64,000 nt of DNA from Candidatus Kapaibacterium sp. (GTDB taxonomy: Bacteria > Bacteroidota > Ignavibacteria > Kapaibacteriales > UBA2268). Where the stretch lies: assembly GCA_963664875.1 (NCBI GenBank), contig OY761611.1, positions 3,168,001 through 3,232,000 on the forward strand. Direction: 5' to 3'. The notes beneath the pieces were generated by a model. It was not told where the DNA came from and made no database searches. It saw nothing but the letters and a program-made list of their open reading frames with translations. Shown here piece by piece: positions 49,501-58,274 of this stretch; positions within the stretch are counted from its first letter, which is position 1; each line of letters starts with the position of its first letter. A program made the translations under genes and the position numbers.

Positions 49501-49646
49501 TGCCACGTTCGCCCGGAATTGCTTATTGTGAAACTTGGGATGGTACTAAAGAAAACGGTTCCCCTGCCGCTAACGGTATGTACTACATAAGCTTAGAGTT
49601 TTCGAGCGGAGCGAAAGAAATATATCCGCTGTACTTAGTAAAATGA
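46509..49646 (+). CDS. Secreted protein with FG-GAP/VCBS-like repeats and FlgD-Ig/T9SS-type C-terminus; true start probably near 46600-46640
   Basis: Signal ending EANA|Q; AVGNVDG, NDLDGADDGKDEIV, IADLEGDELNDIIV; APNPF...WDGTKENG...ANGMYY tail. Confidence 0.75.
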   Translation: MRSVMWKTFHTYTAKFLVNNVLNVLSLDWGLMYLIRESVISTVKIGKLKYDLSCLIAMVFALPFLFMEANAQVNNASPVNWRYPNGNPEATKFISAKSEKQDIDSFLVKWSSPDISGDVQPLIGNVVNNGKLMSEFRYAPNEIAAVIGDELVVISGTGRLLSKASFSDGMEGVTPQGIKGISLLFDSTSAGVGLQEQGIMLMALETIEYQNEDTLAYSYVAGYDAVNNNLKMLRRLAIDLREFDPNVSASIKPVFAKTENGEHLIYATVNMAYPQISGSGNPANAPYFRGLTVFNTGGNLNSFPLPNVGDDLDYRLNLGPEVSFATPSISYVSGQNSILLPVFNSTELQEGIDANPNVTDIGITYSDRPYLLGFNTLSNGLGQSVFPQDLSFIADGITRPVIIPYYIDLQDPTSNQDKFILLTEQYKGIDGSFGTSRLHLYYAKDDGSGIMAGDPITIVDDLFNPPFKGGKNHFWSVAVGNVDGNATNTWDEYYPNNPGKELIITQSSKEFAYASSKLYIMRYNSGPAIPKANLPNEYLFPFDTIATTKINGWVAAVNDLDGADDGKDEIVLVDGSKLLVVRLRDYTDKRFQTGKILDTLFIKEFSMQTISSVAIADLEGDELNDIIVTTYDSTYAIGLNKIKPLKVLYPSEYQEPGLEICYGDTLDIIWENLLGNTFDVIMKFQEYLGDEPVNNAILIDDEIKNLTDTLVYLYIADTLVAGKTGRFILESASNPGVLCDTTTLLSFGYPDIVFDELSEDYYRVGEIITLTGTVSCVDSAEVEWSEDNLTWNKICDLDNCHIHMGEISQFAINFEIPCVNLYNCSSPDVDSIIYVRLNLKKADYQSFSEALPIKVKPALAPVEFEKSETACPNVRISWQANDIEYTCDTISVSISADLGQTFTMIDRVATIQEEYIWNVPLNMPDTLVLRVCCESSCVRTDTVITDYKPKYIEIVAPNPFRPPLEEARVVYRVPEETNVTLRIYDQSDRLVAEPIANVPRSPGIAYCETWDGTKENGSPAANGMYYISLEFSSGAKEIYPLYLVK

Positions 49647-49685
49647 TTTTTCAGTTTTCACATTCATAAATAAAAAGGTATTGTC

Positions 49686-50387
49686 ATGAGAATTTTGGTT
49701 ATCGAAGACGAAAGAAAAGTAGCCAGCTTTATCAAACATGGTTTGGAAGAAGAACGCTACATCGTTGAAACTGCTGCAGATGGTGTTTCAGGTCTTGAAA
49801 TGGCTATGAACAACCACTTTGACGCTATTTTGCTTGATGTTATGCTTCCTGGTAAAGATGGTTTTACAGTATTGCAGGAATTGCGTGATGCAGGTGTTGC
49901 TACTCCTGTATTGATGCTTACTGCTCGCGGCACAACTGAAGATCGCGTTGCCGGTCTTGACCTTGGTGCTGACGACTATTTGCCAAAACCATTTAGCTTC
50001 GAAGAGCTTGCTGCTCGCTTGAGATCTATCTTGCGCCGCTCAAGTCCTGAAAAATCAACTAAATTGCGTTGCGGCGATTTGATTCTTGATACTGTATCTC
50101 ACTTAGCTTACCGTTTCGGTAAAGAAATCGAGTTGACTACAAAAGAGTATGCTCTTTTAGAGTACTTGATGAGAAACAAAAACCGCATCTTGAGCCGTTC
50201 TACAATCACTCAGCATGTTTGGAAACACAACTTTGACCCTGAATCAAACATCATCGACGTATATATCAAACGTCTTCGCTCTAAAATTGAATCTGATGAT
50301 GCTAAACCATTGATCCAGTCAATCCGTGGTGTTGGTTACAGAATGAGAGAAACTTCTACAGACGAAGAAGTTAATCTTGGACGCTAA
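49686..50387 (+). CDS. OmpR/PhoB family response regulator (CusR/CzcR-like), no adjacent kinase
   Basis: MRILVIEDE, LDVMLP, MLTA, GADDYLPKPF, winged helix IIDVYIKRLRSKI...IRGVGY. Confidence 0.93.
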   Translation: MRILVIEDERKVASFIKHGLEEERYIVETAADGVSGLEMAMNNHFDAILLDVMLPGKDGFTVLQELRDAGVATPVLMLTARGTTEDRVAGLDLGADDYLPKPFSFEELAARLRSILRRSSPEKSTKLRCGDLILDTVSHLAYRFGKEIELTTKEYALLEYLMRNKNRILSRSTITQHVWKHNFDPESNIIDVYIKRLRSKIESDDAKPLIQSIRGVGYRMRETSTDEEVNLGR

Positions 50388-50408
50388 AATTAAGCGATTT
50401 CATATATT

Positions 50409-50445
50409 AAAAGGGGAACTTTGATTAAAGCTCCCCTTTCTTTTT
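50409..50445 (+). terminator. Intrinsic terminator
   Basis: AAAGGGGAaCTTT-gatt-AAAGcTCCCCTTT followed by a T-run. Confidence 0.75.
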
Positions 50446-50865
50446 GAATGAACTTTAACCGCTCACGTAATATATTACATTTCGCAATTCAATAGCTATT
50501 CTTCAAAATTAAGTCCCAAATCCTTGAATATTTTTTATTATAAAATATTTTTGAGTTTAATTAGCTTTTATTTTAACGTTTAAAATTGAAAAAAACACAG
50601 TATCTTAGCACAAACTCTCGTTTGATATTTGTTACTCAATCTCTTTTAATTAAAGGGTTTGCAGCAATTTTAATATCAAACTCGATTTATTAGCTCAGTT
50701 TTATAAGCCAAATCTCGTTCTTTGATTTAACCCTGATTTGTCATTAGAATAATAGCAAATTCAATATAACTTCCTATTTATAAGTGAATTATCACATTAA
50801 AAAGACAATCGAATTAGTAAGATTTCCTTGCCATTGTTAGGGAAGTTTTTAATCATAAGGGGTCA

Positions 50866-50933
50866 ACTACACTTCGGCAGGCTCAGTGCATCGCCCCGCC
50901 CTTCGGGCACCCATTCTTCCCAAGAAGGGGAAT
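50866..50933. repeat. ACCCCGCC...AAGGGGAAT palindromic repeat interrupted by a 24-nt hairpin module
   Basis: Aligns with 7231-7300 once the module (50871-50894 here, 7260-7283 there) is removed. Confidence 0.75.
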
Positions 50934-50940
50934 GAAAATT

Positions 50941-51204
50941 GGGGCTGTCTCATAAGTACCCTCTATATTTTTTTAGACTTATTTCGTGCGAAAAATATTA
51001 ATACAATAGGAGGCTGAAAGCCTCAAATATATTAGCCCGGGGCAACGCCCCGGGAAAGATAAGTCATTGAAATATAGAGCCCTGTAAGGGCGACCAGCTT
51101 GAGACGCAATCATTGCGTCTCTACATTTTGCTTAACTCAGATCACATACTGTATTGAGTAATCGTCAAGATAATATAGATTGTTTTGATTTATGAGACAG
51201 CCTC
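50941..51204. mobile_element. MITE-like element B (264 bp)
   Basis: GGGGCTGTCTCATAA...TTATGAGACAGCCTC ends; interior nearly identical to 55757-56049. Confidence 0.85.
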
Positions 51205-51382
51205 TGGCAGGTCGAAGACGTGACGGGGTGTTCAAATACCACAGGCTTATGATTAGAATCTACTATTTCAAAATTTTCTAATGACATTTTTGGGTTTAAG
51301 AGCTATACACAAAAAAAAGACGCCACATTTTGTGCGTCTTTATCGATATCATAAAAATTTTAGTGGGAAATGGTTTACAAGC

Positions 51383-52021
51383 TTACTTACCGAAAATGCA
51401 CTTCTCCCAAAAATCAATGTAGCCTGTCTGCAAATCGTAGTAAGCTCCGACTATTGCTACTTTTTCTTCTAAAACAGCATTCCGCAAAATTTCGCTTTTG
51501 TTGTAGGCTTCTATCATCTGATTTTTAACATTTTCTTGTGCTGTGAGTATTTGCGTTTTCTGCTGGTTGGAGCTTTTGCCTTCAGCTTCTTCCACAGCCG
51601 GTTTGAGTTTTTCTATTAAAGGTATAAGCGATGGGATGTCTTTTTCGTTGCGTATAGCAGCCTGGACCATTCCGCAGTTTGAATGTCCCATTATTACAAG
51701 CAGCTTCACATCAAATGTTTTCACTGCAAAGTCTATACCTGCAATGGCATCTTCATTTGCCATATTCCCGGGATTTCGTAAAATAAATAAATCTCCGAGA
51801 GTAGCATCAAAGACATGATGAGACATCAATCGCGAATCTGCACAAGTTAATAAAATGATTGGAGGATTTTGATTAGCATAAGAATCCTCTCGCAATTTGC
51901 AGTAATCACGTTCCAGCAAATCGTCTTCAACAAATCGTTTATTGCCCTCGATTAAGGCATCTAATTCGGTGCCGACCTGCTCCGGCAAATCGGCGATACT
52001 CTTTAAATAGATATCGTCCAT
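51383..52021 (-). CDS. Beta-class carbonic anhydrase
   Basis: CADSR and GHSNCG zinc ligands; GDLFILRNPGN; YDLQTG. Confidence 0.92.
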   Translation of the reverse strand: MDDIYLKSIADLPEQVGTELDALIEGNKRFVEDDLLERDYCKLREDSYANQNPPIILLTCADSRLMSHHVFDATLGDLFILRNPGNMANEDAIAGIDFAVKTFDVKLLVIMGHSNCGMVQAAIRNEKDIPSLIPLIEKLKPAVEEAEGKSSNQQKTQILTAQENVKNQMIEAYNKSEILRNAVLEEKVAIVGAYYDLQTGYIDFWEKCIFGK

Positions 52022-52022
52022 A

Positions 52023-53561
52023 CTATTTCCAGTACTCCCTGTCTAAACTTCTATATTGTATTGCTTCACTTATATGTTCACTTTTTATATTTTCAGCAGA
52101 TGCGAGGTCTGCTATTGTTCTGGCTACTTTCAAAATTCGGTCATAAGCCCTGGCAGACAGTCCGAGTTTAGTCATCGCCATTTTCAAAAGTTCCTTAGAG
52201 GCATCATCTAATTTACAAAATTCTCTAATTTCACTACTCGACATATCTGCATTTTTGAAAGATTTAGAGTTTTTGAACCTATCTTCCTGTAGCTTGCGAG
52301 CGTGAATTACTCTTCTTCTTACATCTGACGAATCTTCCCCTTTTCTGTTTGAGGATAATTCCTGGTATTTTACAGTCGGTACTTCGCAGTGGATATCTAT
52401 CCGGTCAAGTAATGGACCGGAAATCTTACCGGAATATCTTTGGATCTGCTGCGGTGTACAGGAACATTCTTTGACAGGGTCTCCGAAGTTTCCACATGGG
52501 CAGGGATTCATAGAGCACACAAGCATGAAGTTTGCCGGATATTCAACTGTCATTTTAGTTCTTGAGATTGAAATTCTCTTTTCTTCTAATGGCTGCCTCA
52601 GTACTTCGAGTACGTTCCTTGCAAATTCAGGTAATTCATCTAAAAATAAAACACCGTGATGAGAAAGTGAAATTTCTCCCGGTCTGATTTTGTTCATACC
52701 TCCACCTACTAATGCCGCATCCGAAATAGTATGATGAGGAGAGCGAAATGGTCGCACTGCTACAATTGCATCGCCTGCGGGAAGTAAACCGGCTACAGAA
52801 TGTATTTTGGTCGTCTCCAAGGATTCTTCTAAACTTAGGCCGGGAAGAATGGAAGGAATACGTTTTGCTAGCATTGTTTTTCCGGAGCCCGGCGGGCCTA
52901 TCATTAGCATATTGTGTCCGCCTGCAGCCGCTACTTCCAATGCTCTTTTTACATTTTCCTGCCCTTTGACGTCAGACAAATTATAAAGATAATCCTTTTC
53001 GCCTTCGCTAAATAGCTTTTCTATATCTACCTGTCTCGGAGCTATATCCAATTCACCGTTCAAATATCCTACAGCTTCACTAAGCGAAGACACAGGAATT
53101 ACTTCTAACTTATTGACCAAAGCAGCCTCGTCGGAGTTTTCTTCAGGCAATAGTATTCTCTTGAATTTTTCTTTTATCGCATCCAATGTAATAGAAAGAG
53201 TGCCGTGAATTGGTCGCAAAGTTCCGTCTAAAGCAAGTTCCCCGAGTATTACTGTTTCGCTGAGCAAATCCGCGCGAACTACTCCCATTGCAGATAGGAC
53301 ACCTATAGCAACAGGCAAATCAAAAGCACTGCCTTCTTTGCGTATATCTGCAGGGGCGAGATTTATAGTTATTCTTTTATTAGGGAATATAAAATTTGAA
53401 TTTTTAATTGCGGCAGAAACTCGTTCCCTCGATTCTTTCACTGCCGAATCCGGCAATCCTACAATCGACATAGCCGGAACAGCGTTATCCATGTGTGTTT
53501 CTATTTCAACAATAAAAGCATTTATTCCAAAAACAGAAGCAGAGTTCAATCGCGAATACAT
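52023..53561 (-). CDS. comM: YifB/ComM family Mg-chelatase-like AAA+ ATPase
   Basis: VGLPDSAVKESRERV, INLAPAD, GPPGSGKT, RPFRSPHH, LFLDELPEF, NPCPCG, LSARAYDR. Confidence 0.93.
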   Translation of the reverse strand: MYSRLNSASVFGINAFIVEIETHMDNAVPAMSIVGLPDSAVKESRERVSAAIKNSNFIFPNKRITINLAPADIRKEGSAFDLPVAIGVLSAMGVVRADLLSETVILGELALDGTLRPIHGTLSITLDAIKEKFKRILLPEENSDEAALVNKLEVIPVSSLSEAVGYLNGELDIAPRQVDIEKLFSEGEKDYLYNLSDVKGQENVKRALEVAAAGGHNMLMIGPPGSGKTMLAKRIPSILPGLSLEESLETTKIHSVAGLLPAGDAIVAVRPFRSPHHTISDAALVGGGMNKIRPGEISLSHHGVLFLDELPEFARNVLEVLRQPLEEKRISISRTKMTVEYPANFMLVCSMNPCPCGNFGDPVKECSCTPQQIQRYSGKISGPLLDRIDIHCEVPTVKYQELSSNRKGEDSSDVRRRVIHARKLQEDRFKNSKSFKNADMSSSEIREFCKLDDASKELLKMAMTKLGLSARAYDRILKVARTIADLASAENIKSEHISEAIQYRSLDREYWK

Positions 53562-53898
53562 AATGCCTCAAATTTATAGACTATGACTCATATAATAATG
53601 TAATAAAAATTAGGATACTATACAATATTTATTTAAACCCTAAACTCATTATTGATATACTTCTAAGGTAAGTAAAGATAAGCATCAACACAAAATTGTC
53701 AAAAGAACTAAAATACTCTAATAATTACATTGATCCGAAATTGTCAATGGAAGTCTCACTTGTTTGCTACTTCACATATCGTCTGCAAAGAAACAAGATA
53801 TAGACTATATTTGGTTTTAAAATGACTTTTTGGGGGGTAAAGAAGCATTTGAAACAACCTTAACAGTGTTTTTTGGGGGATCAAGCGACTCCAAACAA

Positions 53899-53931
53899 TA
53901 AAGGCTTTCTCCATAGATAAGAAAGCCTTTA
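53899..53931 (-). terminator. Terminator-like hairpin after the PPIase gene
   Basis: TAAAGGCTTTCT...AGAAAGCCTTTA inverted repeat. Confidence 0.6.
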
Positions 53932-53958
53932 CATGATTTATTTATTTCAGCATTGAGA

Positions 53959-54384
53959 CTAAACAATTTCGACTAACTCGAGGTCAAAGATCAAATCTTT
54001 GCCGGCAAGTCCATGATTAGCATCAAGCATAATAGTATCTTCAGTTATTTCTTTAACAGTAACCGGGAATACATGACCTTGAGGATCATTCATAGTTAGC
54101 TGCATACCCACTTCAGGATTGATTTCTGCAGGAATTCTGTCTTTGCCGATGGGGAAAATCAATTCTTCACGATACGGACCGTAAGCATCATCCACAGGGA
54201 TTTCTACAGTTTTTTTATCGCCTATTTCCATACCTTCAATTCCGTTTTCAAATCCAGGAATAACCTGACCGCCACCAATAGCAAATTGGATAGGCTCTCT
54301 TCCTTCTGAAGAGTCAAATACTTCACCGGAAGTCAGTCTTCCTGTATAATGAACTCTTACTGTGTCCCCTTGTTTTGCACTCAT
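53959..54384 (-). CDS. FKBP-type peptidyl-prolyl isomerase (SlyD/SlpA-like, no His tail)
   Basis: VHYTG...FDSS, IPGFE, AYG, DANHGLAGKDLIF; AGGAGA SD before the ATG at 54384. Confidence 0.92.
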   Translation of the reverse strand: MSAKQGDTVRVHYTGRLTSGEVFDSSEGREPIQFAIGGGQVIPGFENGIEGMEIGDKKTVEIPVDDAYGPYREELIFPIGKDRIPAEINPEVGMQLTMNDPQGHVFPVTVKEITEDTIMLDANHGLAGKDLIFDLELVEIV

Positions 54385-54394
54385 AGCATTTCTC

Positions 54395-55270
54395 CTAATC
54401 TTGTTTTTGTGTAAAATTGACAATTAAACCTACCACAATAAGCATCAACCCCAAGACTGCAGACATTTCTATCGCCTCTTTTAACACTGCATTTATCAAG
54501 ATAAGTGACAGAAAAGGGGACAAATAAATTATATTACTTATTTTCGCAGTATTATTTGAGTAATATAAGGCTTTTCCCCATAATATAAAAGTAAAGCCCA
54601 TTTCAAAAGCACCTATGTAGGCTGAATATAATATCAATTTTGTATTAAAAGTAAGCATATCAGGCTCAATCAGAGAGTATATCAGCAAAAAAAGGAAAGA
54701 AACAAAAAAGTTCCAAAATAGCTTTTCTTTTTCCTCACGTCGATCTTTCATGTTGATTATCCAATAAATTGCCCAAAGAAAAGCACTCCCGAAAGCAAGC
54801 AAATATCCAAAGGGATTCTTATCGCCTGACTCATTTGTGCTTCCAAAAATCACAAAAGCAGTACCACAAAAACTAATCATAATTCCCAGAAGAGACATCA
54901 TTCGTAGCTTTCTCCTGAATACTATAGCTGAAACAACAGCAAGAATTATTCCCCATGAGTAATTTATTATCTGTGCGTGTGCAGCCGGAAGCAAATCGTA
55001 GGAATTAAACAGAACAATATAGTAAACAAACGGATTTATCAACCCCGGAAGAAGTGAAGACCTAATATTCTTTATTGTCTCTGCTTTCCGGTATTTCCTA
55101 ATATTTGGATAATTTACTATCGCTAAAAATAGCAACGAAAATAGTGAAGCATAAAAAACAAGGCTAATCGGAGAACCATGCTCCAATGCAAGTTTAAAGG
55201 CAGTTGCAACTGTTGACCAGGCTAAAATAGCTAGCAAAGCAAATACAATTGCTTTATTATCATTTTGCAT
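54395..55270 (-). CDS. EamA/DMT family transporter
   Basis: About 10 TM; WSTVATAFK, AQIINYSW, FEMGFTFILW, IYLSPFLS. Confidence 0.88.
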   Translation of the reverse strand: MQNDNKAIVFALLAILAWSTVATAFKLALEHGSPISLVFYASLFSLLFLAIVNYPNIRKYRKAETIKNIRSSLLPGLINPFVYYIVLFNSYDLLPAAHAQIINYSWGIILAVVSAIVFRRKLRMMSLLGIMISFCGTAFVIFGSTNESGDKNPFGYLLAFGSAFLWAIYWIINMKDRREEKEKLFWNFFVSFLFLLIYSLIEPDMLTFNTKLILYSAYIGAFEMGFTFILWGKALYYSNNTAKISNIIYLSPFLSLILINAVLKEAIEMSAVLGLMLIVVGLIVNFTQKQD

Positions 55271-55333
55271 AAATCAATATACCTGATGTATAAAACGTCA
55301 ATCTCATAGTTTTGCTAAAACTAAGAAAGAAAA

Positions 55334-55438
55334 ATGGGAAAAAAGAATAAAAGTTTGGACAAATTAAAGTGCAAAGGCACTTTGTGTGAAGGCAAATGTA
55401 ATGGTGCCTGCAAGAAAAAAGTTAAAAAGAAAAAATAA
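55334..55438 (+). CDS. Unannotated 34-aa Cys/Lys-rich small protein
   Basis: MGKKNKSLDKLKCKGTLCEGKCNGACKKKVKKKK*; TAGTTTTG (TAnnTTTG) at 55307-55314 just upstream. Confidence 0.45.
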   Translation: MGKKNKSLDKLKCKGTLCEGKCNGACKKKVKKKK

Positions 55439-55596
55439 GCAAATTTGCACTCCTTGCTTGGAGCAGTGTATTATAGCAGTGGATTTAATATTATCCCAGA
55501 TTTTCATTAGAACTCTAAAATACCTGCAATTTCCATTTTTGCAAAGAAGAATTCAATTCGTAAATCTAAGAAAAACTTACAAATTGTATCTTTGAA

Positions 55597-56049
55597 GAGG
55601 CTGTCTCATAAGTACCCTCTATATTTTATTAGACTTATTTCGTGCGAAAAATATTAATACAATAGGAGGCTGAAAGCCTCAAATATATTAGCCCGGGGCA
55701 ACGCCCCGGGAAAGATAAGTCATTGTAATATAGAGCCCTGTAAGGGCGACAAGCTTGGAGCTGTCTCATAAGTATCCTCTATATTTTATTAGACTTATTT
55801 CGTGCGAAAAATATTAATACAATAGGAGGCTGAAAGCCTCAAATATATTAGCCCGGGGCAACGCCCCGGGAAAGATAAGTCATTGAAATATAGAGCCCTG
55901 TAAGGGCGACCAGCTTGAGACGCTAAAGGTCACTGAGCGAGTGAAACGAGCCGAAGTGTGAGTCTCAACATTTTGCTTAACTCAGATCACATACTGTATT
56001 GAGTAATCGTCAAGATAATATAGATTGTTTTGATTTATGAGACAGCCTC
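55597..56049. mobile_element. MITE-like element C: 160-bp partial copy (55597-55756) in tandem with a full copy (55757-56049) that carries an extra hairpin insert
   Basis: Two left ends 160 bp apart and one right end; sequence matches 50941-51204 except for an insert at 55924-55958. Confidence 0.85.
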
Positions 56050-56244
56050 TGGCACGTCGAAGACGTGACGGTACTATTGCATCATAGATATAAATAGCTA
56101 TACTTAAATTAGTTATGTAATTTTGAAATATTTATAGCTAACACATGGCTAACACTTATATCTTTACACTATTGGCATTTAAGGTCTTAAGCTTGCCTTC
56201 TTTGTATCTCAATTTACAAAATATTTACAAAAGTCTATTATATT

Positions 56245-56280
56245 AAAAGCGATTAGAATTTAGCACTCTAATCGCTTTTA
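56245..56280 (-). terminator. Intrinsic terminator
   Basis: TAAAAGCGATTAGA...TCTAATCGCTTTTA. Confidence 0.65.
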
Positions 56281-56298
56281 TCTATCTGAAAATAAATA

Positions 56299-57630
56299 TT
56301 ACCTTACATTTAAGATTTTGCCGGTGGAAACTAATATGTCGCCGCAGTTTACTATATAAACGTAAGCTCCTGAGTTTAGATTAAGTAGATTTATAGGTGT
56401 TGATATACTTTGACTTATAGTGTTTATATCTTCCTCTAATATGATTTTACCGTCTAAGGAAGCTATGGTTAAGTCATATTGTCTATGTTTTGGATCGTTT
56501 ATCTCTATGAAGAAGTCTGTTTGGCTTTGGTATGGTATGATTTCTATTTCTTCTAATATATTTTCGTTTACTCCTGAGTACTCTTCATACCTGTATATAC
56601 CGCAAGCTTGCCCCCAAATGATTGGATACTCACCGCACATTGTGCTAGACCAGAAGGCTGATAACCAATATTGTCTCGGCCCATTATGATATTCCCAGGT
56701 TTCTCCTCCATTAGAAGTAAGTATAACTTTGCCTCCTGGTCCAAAAGCCATTCCATTTAAACTATCTGAGAAATGAACACGTTCTAATCCCCACATTGGC
56801 TCTTTACAATTTTCGAAGATAATATTCCAATTTTTTCCGGTATCTGTACTTCTCCAGATAACATCATCTGACCAATTTGTAGAATCATTATCTTGTCTTC
56901 CAACTCCAAATAGAAGACTATCGTTGATAAAACATATATCATTGATGCTTTTTGTAATTTCTCCTTCAGGAGCTGGAATCATAGGACTGTACTCTTCGAG
57001 CTGGTCAGTATATATATTATATACCATAAAAGAATTGCTATAAGCACTACTTTTATTCATAACAACATGAGCAGAATCAATAAAAAACATAGGTGCAGAG
57101 TAATATGTTGTATCTGCATAGTTGTATCTGAAAACTTTGTAAGTTTCCCAATTATCGGTTGTTGAAGCAATGTTGTAATATGAGACTGCAGCACCAATGT
57201 TTTTATTATACATAGAAATACATCTAAAATTATCATATTTATCTGCAGAAAGTTCTCCGAATTCAACCCTCTTAAATGATTTTCCTCCATCAGTACTTCT
57301 ATCTATAATTGCTCTCTCAACAAAAGAGAAGTAAATATTGCTTGTGTCAGAACAAAAACATGCTCTACCTACATTTCCAACTGAATCGTTATGTTCTATT
57401 GAATTATATTCATATATGCAATTCCAAGTGTTACCTGCATCATTTGTATTATAAATTTTAATAACTCCAATATTGGTGGTCATTGCTACCACTGTATTTG
57501 AATCGAGAGAAAACATAGCGGAAGCATCTTCATTATATACGTAGTGCTTCTTTCTCCATGCTTTTTTTGAAGTAGCAATATTTGGAATAAGAAATAATAA
57601 AGTAAGAATAAGTATAAAAATATTTCGCAT
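56299..57630 (-). CDS. Secreted BNR/Asp-box (YCF48-like) beta-propeller protein with T9SS-type C-terminal domain
   Basis: Signal peptide; TNDAGNTW, STDGGKSF, STDTGKNW, TSNGGETW; LNSGAYVYIV...GKIL tail. Confidence 0.8.
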   Translation of the reverse strand: MRNIFILILTLLFLIPNIATSKKAWRKKHYVYNEDASAMFSLDSNTVVAMTTNIGVIKIYNTNDAGNTWNCIYEYNSIEHNDSVGNVGRACFCSDTSNIYFSFVERAIIDRSTDGGKSFKRVEFGELSADKYDNFRCISMYNKNIGAAVSYYNIASTTDNWETYKVFRYNYADTTYYSAPMFFIDSAHVVMNKSSAYSNSFMVYNIYTDQLEEYSPMIPAPEGEITKSINDICFINDSLLFGVGRQDNDSTNWSDDVIWRSTDTGKNWNIIFENCKEPMWGLERVHFSDSLNGMAFGPGGKVILTSNGGETWEYHNGPRQYWLSAFWSSTMCGEYPIIWGQACGIYRYEEYSGVNENILEEIEIIPYQSQTDFFIEINDPKHRQYDLTIASLDGKIILEEDINTISQSISTPINLLNLNSGAYVYIVNCGDILVSTGKILNVR

Positions 57631-57705
57631 TGGTTGGTTCTCCGTATCATAAGATGCACTGAGTAGAATTAACTACTCAGTGCATTAAATATCAATATAT
57701 AAATG

Positions 57706-58207
57706 TTATTTTACAATAACAAATTTACCGGTATTGACTTCTTTATCAGAAGATATTACGCTATAAACATAAGTACCCGAATTCAGCTTAGAAATATCAA
57801 TATTTACAACTTGATATTTACCTGTCAAATTTATATCAGAACTAATTAGTTCCTGACCAAGTAAATTAAACACTTTAAATACTATATTTCCTGCTTGTGA
57901 TTCCGCTATAGTTAGTGTAAGTTTATCAATATCCTGTTTCACCTGATACATCATATAGAATTCAGTATCAGAAAGGCTAATTCTAGGCTGACCAATATAT
58001 ATAAATTTTGACTTTCCTTCATCATAAGGCTTATAAACATCCTCTCTGAAGTCACTCACACTAACGTGATTATTGTAAATATCACAACCTTTTTGATAGC
58101 ATCCGTTTGAAATATTGTTATCTAATGGTGGATAAAAATCGTAAGGATTAGGATATGTTGCGTCATCGCATGAATAACCATTTTTGGGATTATCAAATCC
58201 ATGCTTC
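57706..58207 (-). pseudogene. N-terminally truncated remnant of a T9SS cargo gene (C-terminal sorting domain intact)
   Basis: VFNLLGQEL...IDISKLNSGTYVYSV...GKFVIVK; frame stays open to about 58207 with no signal peptide or ATG and abuts the lon terminator. Confidence 0.6.
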
Positions 58208-58214
58208 TATTTGT

Positions 58215-58255
58215 AAACAAAGCTCACCAGATTAGTCTCCAAGTGAGCTTTGTTT
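58215..58255 (-). terminator. Intrinsic terminator after lon
   Basis: AAACAAAGCTCAC...GTGAGCTTTGTTT. Confidence 0.7.
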
Positions 58256-58274
58256 GTATTAGTATTGTTTGAGT

